Shown: in pieces, positions 9,105-21,942 of the stretch
Numbering within the stretch: position 1 is the stretch's first letter
Layout of the letters: each line of letters begins with the position of its first letter
NCBI GenBank assembly: GCA_965662845.1
Contig: CBFIJD010000042.1
Span: 1-24,646 of the forward strand
Origin: an uncultured bacterium
GTDB lineage: Bacteria; SAR324; NAC60-12
Direction of reading: 5' to 3'
DNA length: 24,646 nt
Position numbers and translations under genes: made by a program
The notes under the pieces: generated by a model
Databases searched by the model: none
The model's input: the letters and a program-made list of their open reading frames with translations, nothing else
What the model was told of the DNA's origin: nothing

Positions 9105-10238
9105 ATGCAACCACAAGACTTTCATATTTTGGTGGTCGATGACACGCCCGAGAACCTGCAATCCCTCGCGGCGTTGTTGCGCAAAGAAGGCTATCAGCTC
9201 ACCCTCGCCACGGATGGTTTGAACGCCTTGGAAGCGGTGAACCGGACTCGCTTTGACCTGATTTTGCTCGACATCATGATGCCTCACATGGACGGCTATG
9301 AAGTCTGTGAGCAGCTACAAGACGACCCCATCACGGCCGAAATTCCGGTGATTTTTCTTACGGCGTTGAGCGACAAACAGTCGATTGTACGCGGCTTCAA
9401 GGTCGGTGGGGTGGACTACATCAGCAAGCCCTTCCACTTTGCAGAGATGCGGGCCCGGGTGCGCACCCACCTCGAGCTGGCTTACACCCGCCACCACCTG
9501 CAAAGGGTCAATCAGCAGCAGCACACCCTGCTGCATTTGATGTGTCATGATCTGAGCAATCCGGTGACTTCGATGACCGTGCAGGTGGAGAACATGCGCC
9601 ACTTTCTGCAACAGGCCGATGGGGTGATGCTCGAAAAAACCGTGGAACGCCTGCGGCTGCCTATTCGCCACATGCGCCAGATCATTGAAATGACAAGAAT
9701 TGGATCGGCTTTCGCCGAGGGCAAACTGAAGCTCAATCCAGCGGCTCACTTGGCCCACGACCTGCTGCAAGAAGCCGCGCTGATGCTAGAGGTGCAGTTT
9801 CGGCAAAAGAACATCGTGCCCAACGTCAACGTGGCGGAAGGCGTTCACCTGTGGGTGGATCGTAACGCCTTTGTGCACTCGGTCCTCACCAACTTGCTCA
9901 CGAACGCGATCAAGTTTTCGCCGAAACAGGCTTCCGTTGAAGTAGAGGCACACCCTCTGGAAGACGGGCGTGTGCGTGTGACAGTGCGGGATTACGGCGT
10001 GGGAATGACCGAAGAAAAGCTGGCGACCGTGTTCGACCCAACCAGCGCGACCACAGAGATGGGAACAGAAGGCGAGATTGGGACCGGCTTTGGCTTGCCG
10101 CTCGTCAAGACGTTTGTGGAGAATTTTCAAGGAGAGATCCGCTTGCAGTCTCCGCCTCCTGAGCATCCTGAGCTGGGAGGCACATTTGTGGAGCTGATCT
10201 TACAGTCTCAAGCGCCCCCCGCTCCAGAAGAAGGATGA
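9105..10238 (+). CDS. Response regulator-histidine kinase hybrid (REC-HisKA-HATPase_c)
   Basis: REC: ILVVDD, DLILLDIMMPHMDG, PVIFLTA, DYISKPF. H-box MCHDLSNPV; NLLTNAIKFS; DYGVGM; GTGFGL. GGAGAG upstream. Confidence 0.95.
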   Translation: MQPQDFHILVVDDTPENLQSLAALLRKEGYQLTLATDGLNALEAVNRTRFDLILLDIMMPHMDGYEVCEQLQDDPITAEIPVIFLTALSDKQSIVRGFKVGGVDYISKPFHFAEMRARVRTHLELAYTRHHLQRVNQQQHTLLHLMCHDLSNPVTSMTVQVENMRHFLQQADGVMLEKTVERLRLPIRHMRQIIEMTRIGSAFAEGKLKLNPAAHLAHDLLQEAALMLEVQFRQKNIVPNVNVAEGVHLWVDRNAFVHSVLTNLLTNAIKFSPKQASVEVEAHPLEDGRVRVTVRDYGVGMTEEKLATVFDPTSATTEMGTEGEIGTGFGLPLVKTFVENFQGEIRLQSPPPEHPELGGTFVELILQSQAPPAPEEG

Positions 10239-10240
10239 CC

Positions 10241-10414
10241 TCAGCGCCGTGGGCCGTCGGAGTCTTCTTTTGTCGGCCACGCGAACAGCGCGCCTAACAC
10301 GGCAACGAGCACCGTGATGAAGATGGTCTCGCTGTTGTGAGTAGACCCTCCCAGCCAAAACAACACCACCACCGCTATCAAAAAATACAGCACGATCCTG
10401 CGAGAAAAATGCAT
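10241..10414 (-). CDS. Small two-TM membrane protein (57 aa), unknown function
   Basis: Strong SD GGAGGAG upstream of ATG 10414. Two hydrophobic stretches: IVLYFLIAVVVLFWLGG and IFITVLVAVLGALFAWP. Confidence 0.7.
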   Translation of the reverse strand: MHFSRRIVLYFLIAVVVLFWLGGSTHNSETIFITVLVAVLGALFAWPTKEDSDGPRR

Positions 10415-10580
10415 TCCTCTCCTCCATTGAAAAGTGTCGCGTGGGCAATCCCCTAACATCTCTCAGGAGAACTCGCCGCTACCTTGGATGTCGTCGATCT
10501 TGATTGCAAAGGATGGGCTTATAGCGGGTCTGGAGAGAGAATGCAGCTAAGAAGTGATCGGTAGGCAGGCAACCAGCGCA

Positions 10581-10601
10581 GAGAAGCCAAGGCGGCTTCT
10601 C
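10581..10601 (-). terminator. Hairpin downstream of the 82-aa gene
   Basis: GAGAAGCC-AAGGC-GGCTTCTC, a perfect 8-bp stem 15 nt past the stop at 10617. No clear U-tract. Confidence 0.4.
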
Positions 10602-10616
10602 CCCAGTCGGCAGGGC

Positions 10617-10865
10617 TTACTTGTGCTCGACGGCGAATTCTTTCCTGAACATCTCAAGCACATCGAGCTGCGTCTGCGTGAAAGCGTGGGCCTCAGGGTG
10701 CATCACTTGCGCCATGCGCTCGTTGACTTCCATCTGCTGAAAAAACAAAAAGAGCACGCCCAAGAGCTGCGAGCGGTCTGCCGCAGAGGCGTTCGTGATG
10801 TCTTGTAACATCGACTTGAGGCCCTCGGCGAGGGTCGGGACGCGATGGTTGGGAACAGCTTCCAT
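10617..10865 (-). CDS. Small hypothetical protein (82 aa)
   Basis: SD AGGAG 7 nt before ATG 10865. Protein-like helical composition (MEAVPNHRVPTLAEGLKSMLQDIT...). AT-rich promoter-like region upstream. Confidence 0.65.
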   Translation of the reverse strand: MEAVPNHRVPTLAEGLKSMLQDITNASAADRSQLLGVLFLFFQQMEVNERMAQVMHPEAHAFTQTQLDVLEMFRKEFAVEHK

Positions 10866-10917
10866 GATCGTTCTCCTGACAAAGGTGAGAAAACCGAGAT
10901 GAGCGAAAGAACCGGTT

Positions 10918-10946
10918 TTTGTATATTCGTTGAATATTCTTTTCAA
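10918..10946 (-). promoter_or_regulatory. Putative sigma70 promoter for the 82-aa gene, overlapped by inverted repeats
   Basis: Minus strand TTGAAA-N17-TACAAA. Inverted repeats TTGAA-N7-TTCAA (10930-10946) and ATATTC-N3-GAATAT (10923-10937). Confidence 0.4.
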
Positions 10947-10992
10947 GCCTTTAGGCGCCGAGACGTACAAATCTTGGACGAATCGTACACGC

Positions 10993-16575
<5,583 letters not shown>

Positions 16576-16753
16576 GTTGTGCTGCGGTTGGAGTCAGAGA
16601 AGCCAAGGAGAAGAACAAACGAAGAAGTGTCGGGTCTTTGGTAGGCGTTTTCAAGTGGGATGTTTCGGTCGCAGGCTGTAGAGTCCTTGCTTGGCGTTTG
16701 TGTTTTCCTCTCCACATGAATTTCTCTCCTGAAATGACACCACAGGATTTCCC

Positions 16754-17722
16754 TTGGCCCACGCAGTGTTGAAATGGCTCCGCCAGCTGGGAAGCGAGTC
16801 GCTGGCGATTGCGCTGCCGCTTTACCGCATCATGGTCCCCGTGATCATCTTTGTGAAAGTCTTGCAAGAAGTCGGGGCGATCGCTTGGATCGGCCAAGGG
16901 CTGAGCCCGTTCATGAGTTTGGTGGGGCTGCCTGGAACAACGGGATTGATCTGGGCGACCACCATGCTCTCGAACCTTTACAGCGGCATGGTCGTGTTTG
17001 TGAGCCTCAGCTCGGAAGTCGGGAGCCTCAGCGTTGCACAAGTGACCGTCCTCACCTCAATGATGTTGATTGCGCACAATCTGCCCGTCGAGCTGCGGAT
17101 TGTGCAGCAGGCTGGCCCCAGGCTCTGGAGCGTGGCGCTGCTGCGCGTTGGGGGCGCGCTGGGCTATGGGATGCTGTTGAACACGCTCTACACGATTTTT
17201 GATTGGAACCAACACCCCGCCGCGTTGATGTGGACCCCTGACCCGCAGCCTGAAGGCCTCGTGGCGTGGGCCTGGGGCGAGATTCAAAACTTGGGCATGG
17301 TGTTTGGAATCGTCGTCGCTCTCGTCTTGCTGATGCGTGCGTTGGACGCGCTTGGTCTCACGCGGCGTTTGCAGCGAATGCTCGCGCCGGTGTTGCAGCG
17401 GGTGGGGATTGGACGCGAAGCGACAAACCTGACTGTGATTGGCGTGACGCTCGGTCTTGCTTATGGAGGCGGGCTGATCTTGCGCGAAGCGCACTCGGGG
17501 CGTCTCTCTCCCCGGGATATCTATTTCTCTTTGGCGTTGATGAGCCTGTGTCACAGCGCCATCGAAGACACCTTGCTGATGCTCTTGCTGGGGGCGGACT
17601 GGATCGGCGTGTTGCCGGGGAGGTTTCTCTTCGGTTTTTTGGTGATCTGGTGCGTTGTGCGTTGGGTGGACCGCTTGCCCGAGCCTAGCTTTCACCGTTG
17701 GTTGATCCGTCCCAGCGCCTGA
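16754..17722 (+). CDS. Nucleoside-recognition (Gate) domain membrane protein
   Basis: About 8 TM segments with a two-fold internal repeat (LSPFMSLVGLPG / LAPVLQRVGIGR; IAHNLPVE / LCHSAIED; LGLAYGGGL). The TTG start is uncertain. Confidence 0.75.
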   Translation: MAHAVLKWLRQLGSESLAIALPLYRIMVPVIIFVKVLQEVGAIAWIGQGLSPFMSLVGLPGTTGLIWATTMLSNLYSGMVVFVSLSSEVGSLSVAQVTVLTSMMLIAHNLPVELRIVQQAGPRLWSVALLRVGGALGYGMLLNTLYTIFDWNQHPAALMWTPDPQPEGLVAWAWGEIQNLGMVFGIVVALVLLMRALDALGLTRRLQRMLAPVLQRVGIGREATNLTVIGVTLGLAYGGGLILREAHSGRLSPRDIYFSLALMSLCHSAIEDTLLMLLLGADWIGVLPGRFLFGFLVIWCVVRWVDRLPEPSFHRWLIRPSA

Positions 17723-17729
17723 GCGCGCG

Positions 17730-17762
17730 GGGCGAGGCTCTTGGAGTATTGAGCCCGCGCCC
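17730..17762. terminator. Imperfect GC-rich hairpin between convergent genes
   Basis: GGGCG-A-GGCTC...GAGCC-CG-CGCCC between the stops at 17722 and 17815. Confidence 0.25.
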
Positions 17763-17814
17763 TCAAGGAGGCTCAGCCGCCAAAGGAGGATGGGAACACA
17801 ACCAAGCAACCGCG

Positions 17815-18081
17815 TCAGTGCTTCAGCAGCCGCACAATCTCTTGGATTTTCTGCTCAGCCGCTTCGAGGTCGTCTGTGGTCATGGCTTGGTGCACGCAGT
17901 GTTGCAGGTGGGTCTCGAGCACGTTCAGCTCCACCTGCTTGAGGGCTCCTTGCAACGCCCGAAGCTGCGTGAGGATGTCCACGCAGTAGCGCTGCTCGTC
18001 AATCATCTTCTGCACGCCGCGCACTTGCCCTTCGATGCGCTTGAGGCGTGGTAACTGCTCGGCGTGGTTGGGATGTTTCAT
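17815..18081 (-). CDS. csoR: CsoR-family copper-sensing repressor
   Basis: RLKRIEGQVRGVQKMI; ligands C33, H58, C62, with Y32 and a C-terminal Glu (E81). Its ATG overlaps the copA stop (ATGA) and is preceded by AAGGAGG. Confidence 0.92.
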   Translation of the reverse strand: MKHPNHAEQLPRLKRIEGQVRGVQKMIDEQRYCVDILTQLRALQGALKQVELNVLETHLQHCVHQAMTTDDLEAAEQKIQEIVRLLKH

Positions 18082-20390
18082 GCGGCCTCCTTGGCAAATT
18101 CAGGCAGCCGGAATCCACGCAAGCGCAGCGCGTTCGTCACCACCGAGACGGAGCTTAGCGCCATCGCTAACGCAGCCCACTCTGGGCTCAGCCCCAGCCC
18201 CCACCCGCTGAACACCCCAGCCGCCAACGGAATCCCGACGGTGTTGTAGCCAAACGCCCAGCCCAAGTTTTGCTTGATGTTGCGCAAGGTCGCGTGGCTG
18301 AGCTGCAAAGCTCCCGCGAGATGTCGTAGATCGTTGCGCATCAACACCACATCTGCGGTTTCGAGGGCGAGGTCTGTCCCGCTTTGGAGCGTCACGCCCG
18401 CGTCCGCTTGCACCAGCGCGGGGCCGTCGTTGAGACCATCTCCGACCATGATCACCCGCTGGTTTTGCTGCTGTAGGCGGCGGATCTCTTCGACTTTGTC
18501 GGCAGGGGAACACTCTGCGCGAAACGCGATCCCGCCCAGCTCGGCCGCGACCGCAGCGACGGCTTCAGATCGGTCGCCGGAGACCACCCGAATGGCATAG
18601 CCTGCGGACTGCATTTGGCGCACGAAGTCCCGACTCTCTGAGCGTAGCGTGTCGCGGCACTCCAGCGCGCCGACCCATGCTCCAGCGCGGACGACGTGCA
18701 TGAGCGTTGCGCTGGCTTCCAGCGGCTGGAACGCTTCTGTGGGCTGGATCGCGCGGCGCCGCAGCCACGCCGAGCTGCCCAGCTCTATGAGAGCGCCGTC
18801 GCAAACACCGCTCACGCCAGAGCCCGCTTGCGCTTGGAAGTCTGTGACGTGCAAAAGCTCTAGCCCGCTCTCAGAGGCGTGTGTGAGCACCGCGTTGGCC
18901 AGCGGGTGCTCGGAGTGACGCTCCACGCTCGCAGCCCACTGCAGCACCTGTGTGGGGGCGAGGCCTGCGGCTGCGTGAACCTGAGTGACGCGCGGTTTGC
19001 CTTCTGTGAGGGTTCCGGTCTTGTCGAGCAGCAGGGTTCGGGCTTGGGCGATGCTCTCTAGCGCGGGCGCGTTGCGGAACAGCACCCCTTGTCGGGCCCC
19101 CGTCCCCGTCGCGACCATGATCGCTGTCGGAGTCGCCAGCCCGAGCGCACACGGACAGGCAATCACGAGCACGGCGATGACGTGTTCCAACACCACGACG
19201 GCAGGAGCGCCTGCGAGTATCCAACCCAGCGCGGTCAGCAGCGCAATCACGAGCACACCCTTCACGAAATAACCTGAGATCACATCGGCGAGCCGGGCAA
19301 TCGGCGCCTTGCCATTTTGGGCCTCGACCACCAAGCGGATGATGCGCTGGAGCGTGGTGTGTGCGCCCACACGAGTCACGCGCATCATCAGGCTGCCTTG
19401 CTGATTCAGCGTCCCAGCGGCGAGCGTGTCGCCGTGTTGTTTGCTGACCGGCAGGCTCTCCCCCGTGAGCATCGACTCATCCACCGTGCTGCTGCCAGAC
19501 AGCACGACCCCGTCTACAGGAATCGAAGCGCCGGGCAGAATGCGCACATGATCTCCTGGCTGTAGCAGCGTGACCTCAACGTCGCGCTCATCGTGTCCCC
19601 AAACCAAGCGCGCGGTTGCGGGTTGCAACCAGAACAGGTGCCGGATCGCGTCGGAGGCGCGCTGGCGACTGTTCCCTTCCAAATGCCGCCCCAGCAAGAT
19701 CAACGCGATGATCACCCCTGCGGTCTCCAAGTAGAGCGGAGCGTCTGCGTGGGCAGACCCAGCGAGCCATCGCAAAGTGCTGAATCCGCTCCAGAGCAGC
19801 GCCGCGCCGGTTCCCAAAGCGACCAGCGTGTCCATGTCCGGAGCGTTGTGCCGCAGCGCTCGCCAGCCGTGGCGATAGAAGGCGCGCCCCGCCCACACGA
19901 TGGGAACCGTGAAGAGCCACTGCAAGAGCGTGTTGCCGACAGAACCCATCTCTAGCCACGAGGGCAGCGGCAGACCGGCCATGGGCCCCATCGCGACCCC
20001 TAGCAGCAGCGCCGCAAAATACAGCGCCCACTTCCACTCGTCGGACGCCGGTGGCTCCTGAGGCGGTGCCGGTGGCGCGTCGGGTTGCAAGCGCTCAGGC
20101 GCGTAGTTTTTCTCGGTGAGTAAGCTCTCCATGCGGGACGGCGCGATCCTCTGGGGATCGTAGGTGACGCGGCAGGTCGCGAGCGCGAGGTTGACCTCCG
20201 CTTGCTTCACGCCTTCGAGCCCGTGCAGCGCCGCTTCAATGGAGCGCACGCAGCCGGCGCAGCGGACGTTTTGCAGCTGTAGGCGCAGTTCGGCGTCCGG
20301 CGTCGGTAGCGCGTCGCTGGGCGCTGCGGGCGTCTCTGCGGCTTCCACGTGAGGTTCAAGGTCCGGTGTGGTGATGGCTTGGGTCGTCAT
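18078..20390 (-). CDS. copA: Cu(I)-exporting P1B-type ATPase
   Basis: N-terminal HMA domain (CAGC), PDMDTLVALG, TGES, CPC in IACPCALGLATP, DKTGT, SEHPLA, GDGLND, and the P1B-1 TM signatures YN and MALSS. Confidence 0.94.
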   Translation of the reverse strand: MTTQAITTPDLEPHVEAAETPAAPSDALPTPDAELRLQLQNVRCAGCVRSIEAALHGLEGVKQAEVNLALATCRVTYDPQRIAPSRMESLLTEKNYAPERLQPDAPPAPPQEPPASDEWKWALYFAALLLGVAMGPMAGLPLPSWLEMGSVGNTLLQWLFTVPIVWAGRAFYRHGWRALRHNAPDMDTLVALGTGAALLWSGFSTLRWLAGSAHADAPLYLETAGVIIALILLGRHLEGNSRQRASDAIRHLFWLQPATARLVWGHDERDVEVTLLQPGDHVRILPGASIPVDGVVLSGSSTVDESMLTGESLPVSKQHGDTLAAGTLNQQGSLMMRVTRVGAHTTLQRIIRLVVEAQNGKAPIARLADVISGYFVKGVLVIALLTALGWILAGAPAVVVLEHVIAVLVIACPCALGLATPTAIMVATGTGARQGVLFRNAPALESIAQARTLLLDKTGTLTEGKPRVTQVHAAAGLAPTQVLQWAASVERHSEHPLANAVLTHASESGLELLHVTDFQAQAGSGVSGVCDGALIELGSSAWLRRRAIQPTEAFQPLEASATLMHVVRAGAWVGALECRDTLRSESRDFVRQMQSAGYAIRVVSGDRSEAVAAVAAELGGIAFRAECSPADKVEEIRRLQQQNQRVIMVGDGLNDGPALVQADAGVTLQSGTDLALETADVVLMRNDLRHLAGALQLSHATLRNIKQNLGWAFGYNTVGIPLAAGVFSGWGLGLSPEWAALAMALSSVSVVTNALRLRGFRLPEFAKEAA

Positions 20391-20419
20391 GGTGATGCTC
20401 CAGTGGATGCTTTACTAAT

Positions 20420-20434
20420 TACCCCTATGGGGTA
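20420..20434. promoter_or_regulatory. CsoR operator
   Basis: TACCCC-TAT-GGGGTA palindrome with AT-rich flanks, about 30 bp upstream of the copA start. Matches the C-tract/G-tract operators known for CsoR. Confidence 0.85.
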
Positions 20435-20547
20435 CTAACTTCGCAGAGATTGGGTCTTCTGGCAAGACGGGATGACTTTGCCCTCGCAAAGTCGCAGCGC
20501 TTCAGGTAAGACTTGCGCCGTTTCTCTTTAGGTCAGAGGAGGTGCCG

Positions 20548-20814
20548 ATGGAGTGGAAGACGTTCCTGTTCGTGCTGGTAATCTGTGCGACATCCAACTG
20601 GTTGTGGACTGGCTATTTGCGGGTTCCGCAAGGGCAACGCGAAGACTTTTGGTATCGGCAGTCGCTGCCGCAGCGGTTGATGTTTCATGTCATCGTGCTG
20701 GCTTCGTTCATTATTCAACCGATCATGACGGCCGTGCTGTGGAGCCTGACACTGGGGGGAATTTGGTGGTGGCGCAAACGTAAGTTAGAACCAATCTCAG
20801 AGAGCGTGAATTGA
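20548..20814 (+). CDS. Small membrane protein (88 aa), unknown function
   Basis: SD GGAGG 5 nt before ATG 20548; 2-3 hydrophobic segments, Trp-rich, basic tail WWWRKRK; stop 11 nt before carA. Confidence 0.7.
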   Translation: MEWKTFLFVLVICATSNWLWTGYLRVPQGQREDFWYRQSLPQRLMFHVIVLASFIIQPIMTAVLWSLTLGGIWWWRKRKLEPISESVN

Positions 20815-20825
20815 TAGGAGAACGA

Positions 20826-21917
20826 ATGCAGGAAGGTGTGCTGGTGCTGAAAAGCGGTCAAATGTTTGAAGGCACCCTGCGCGGTGCCGAAGGCGTCGCT
20901 TCGGGGGAGGTGATTTTCAATACATCGATGACCGGCTATCAAGAGATCTTGACCGACCCTTCGTATAGCGGACAGATTGTGACGATGACGTATCCGCACA
21001 TCGGGAACTACGGCATCAACCCCGAAGACATGGAGTCGGAGACGGTCCATGCCCAAGCGCTGATTGTTCGAGAGCTGAGCCTCGTCGCGAGCAACTGGCG
21101 CTCGTCTCAAGGGCTGGAAGAGTGGTTGAAAGACAGAGGCGTCCCCGTGTTAGAAGGCATCGACACGCGCGCGCTGACGAAGCTCATCCGCAACGGCGAA
21201 TGCAACGGCTTGATCGCGCCCAAGCCCGAAGATGACGAGATGCTGGAGGCGCTGCGCGAACGTGCGGCGGGTCTCTCTTCGATGGAAGGACAAAACTGGG
21301 CCGATCAAGTCTCGACCAAGACCCCGTATGATTGGGAAACTCCTGCGCAGCTGAAGTTTCGGGTCGTCGCGTATGACTTTGGCATCAAGCACAACATCTT
21401 GCGGCTGATGGCCCAGCTAGGCATGCAGGTGAGAGTCGTGCCCAGCTCCACACCTGCGCACGAAGTGCTCGCGCTGCAGCCCGACGGCGTGTTCCTCTCC
21501 AACGGACCCGGCGACCCAGCGGTGGTCGCGGGAGGGATTGACAACGTGAAGGGATTGCTGGGGAAAGTCCCCCTCTTCGGCATCTGCTTAGGGCACCAAA
21601 TTTTGGCGCTGGCGTTGGGATGCAAGACCTACAAGCTCGCTTGCGGACATCACGGGGCGAACCACCCCATCGTGGATTACCGGACACAGAAGATTGAGAT
21701 CGCGAGCCACAACCACGGCTTTGCGGTCGAAGAAGCGTCGATGCCGGCCAACGTCCGCGTGACCCACCGCAACCTGAACGACCAGACCATCGCAGGCATC
21801 GAAGCGACAGACCTCCCCGCCTACTCGGTGCAGTATCACCCTGAAGCCGCGCCGGGGCCCCATGACTCGCAATACCTCTTTGCCCGCTTTGTGGAGATGA
21901 TGGCACAGAGCCGCTGA
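20826..21917 (+). CDS. carA: Carbamoyl-phosphate synthase small (glutaminase) subunit
   Basis: GEVIFNTSMTGYQEILTDPSY, GIDTRALT, DFGIKHNIL, LSNGPGDP, GICLGHQ (catalytic Cys), SHNHGFAV, SVQYHPEAAPGPHD. SD AGGAG at 20816-20820. Confidence 0.98.
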   Translation: MQEGVLVLKSGQMFEGTLRGAEGVASGEVIFNTSMTGYQEILTDPSYSGQIVTMTYPHIGNYGINPEDMESETVHAQALIVRELSLVASNWRSSQGLEEWLKDRGVPVLEGIDTRALTKLIRNGECNGLIAPKPEDDEMLEALRERAAGLSSMEGQNWADQVSTKTPYDWETPAQLKFRVVAYDFGIKHNILRLMAQLGMQVRVVPSSTPAHEVLALQPDGVFLSNGPGDPAVVAGGIDNVKGLLGKVPLFGICLGHQILALALGCKTYKLACGHHGANHPIVDYRTQKIEIASHNHGFAVEEASMPANVRVTHRNLNDQTIAGIEATDLPAYSVQYHPEAAPGPHDSQYLFARFVEMMAQSR

Positions 21918-21942
21918 GATCCCGCAGAGCCTACCGCTGGTG

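Noticed and set aside
10455..10540. Glycine-riboswitch-like words (ATCTCTCAGG, TCTGGAGAG) on the + strand
   Set aside because: The conserved CCGAAG elements are missing and no + strand gene follows.
16576..16753. SOS/LexA box upstream of uvrA
   Set aside because: No CTGT-N8-ACAG, GAAC-N4-GTTC or GTTC-N7-GTTC match was seen. Only a weak minus-strand TTGAAA-N17-GACACT promoter candidate; a lineage-specific box cannot be excluded.
17815..18081. Ni/Co sensor (RcnR/InrS) call because of N-terminal His residues
   Set aside because: His spacing to the Cys does not match the RcnR position. The Tyr/Glu second-shell residues, the linked P1B-1 ATPase and the operator all favour Cu-CsoR.
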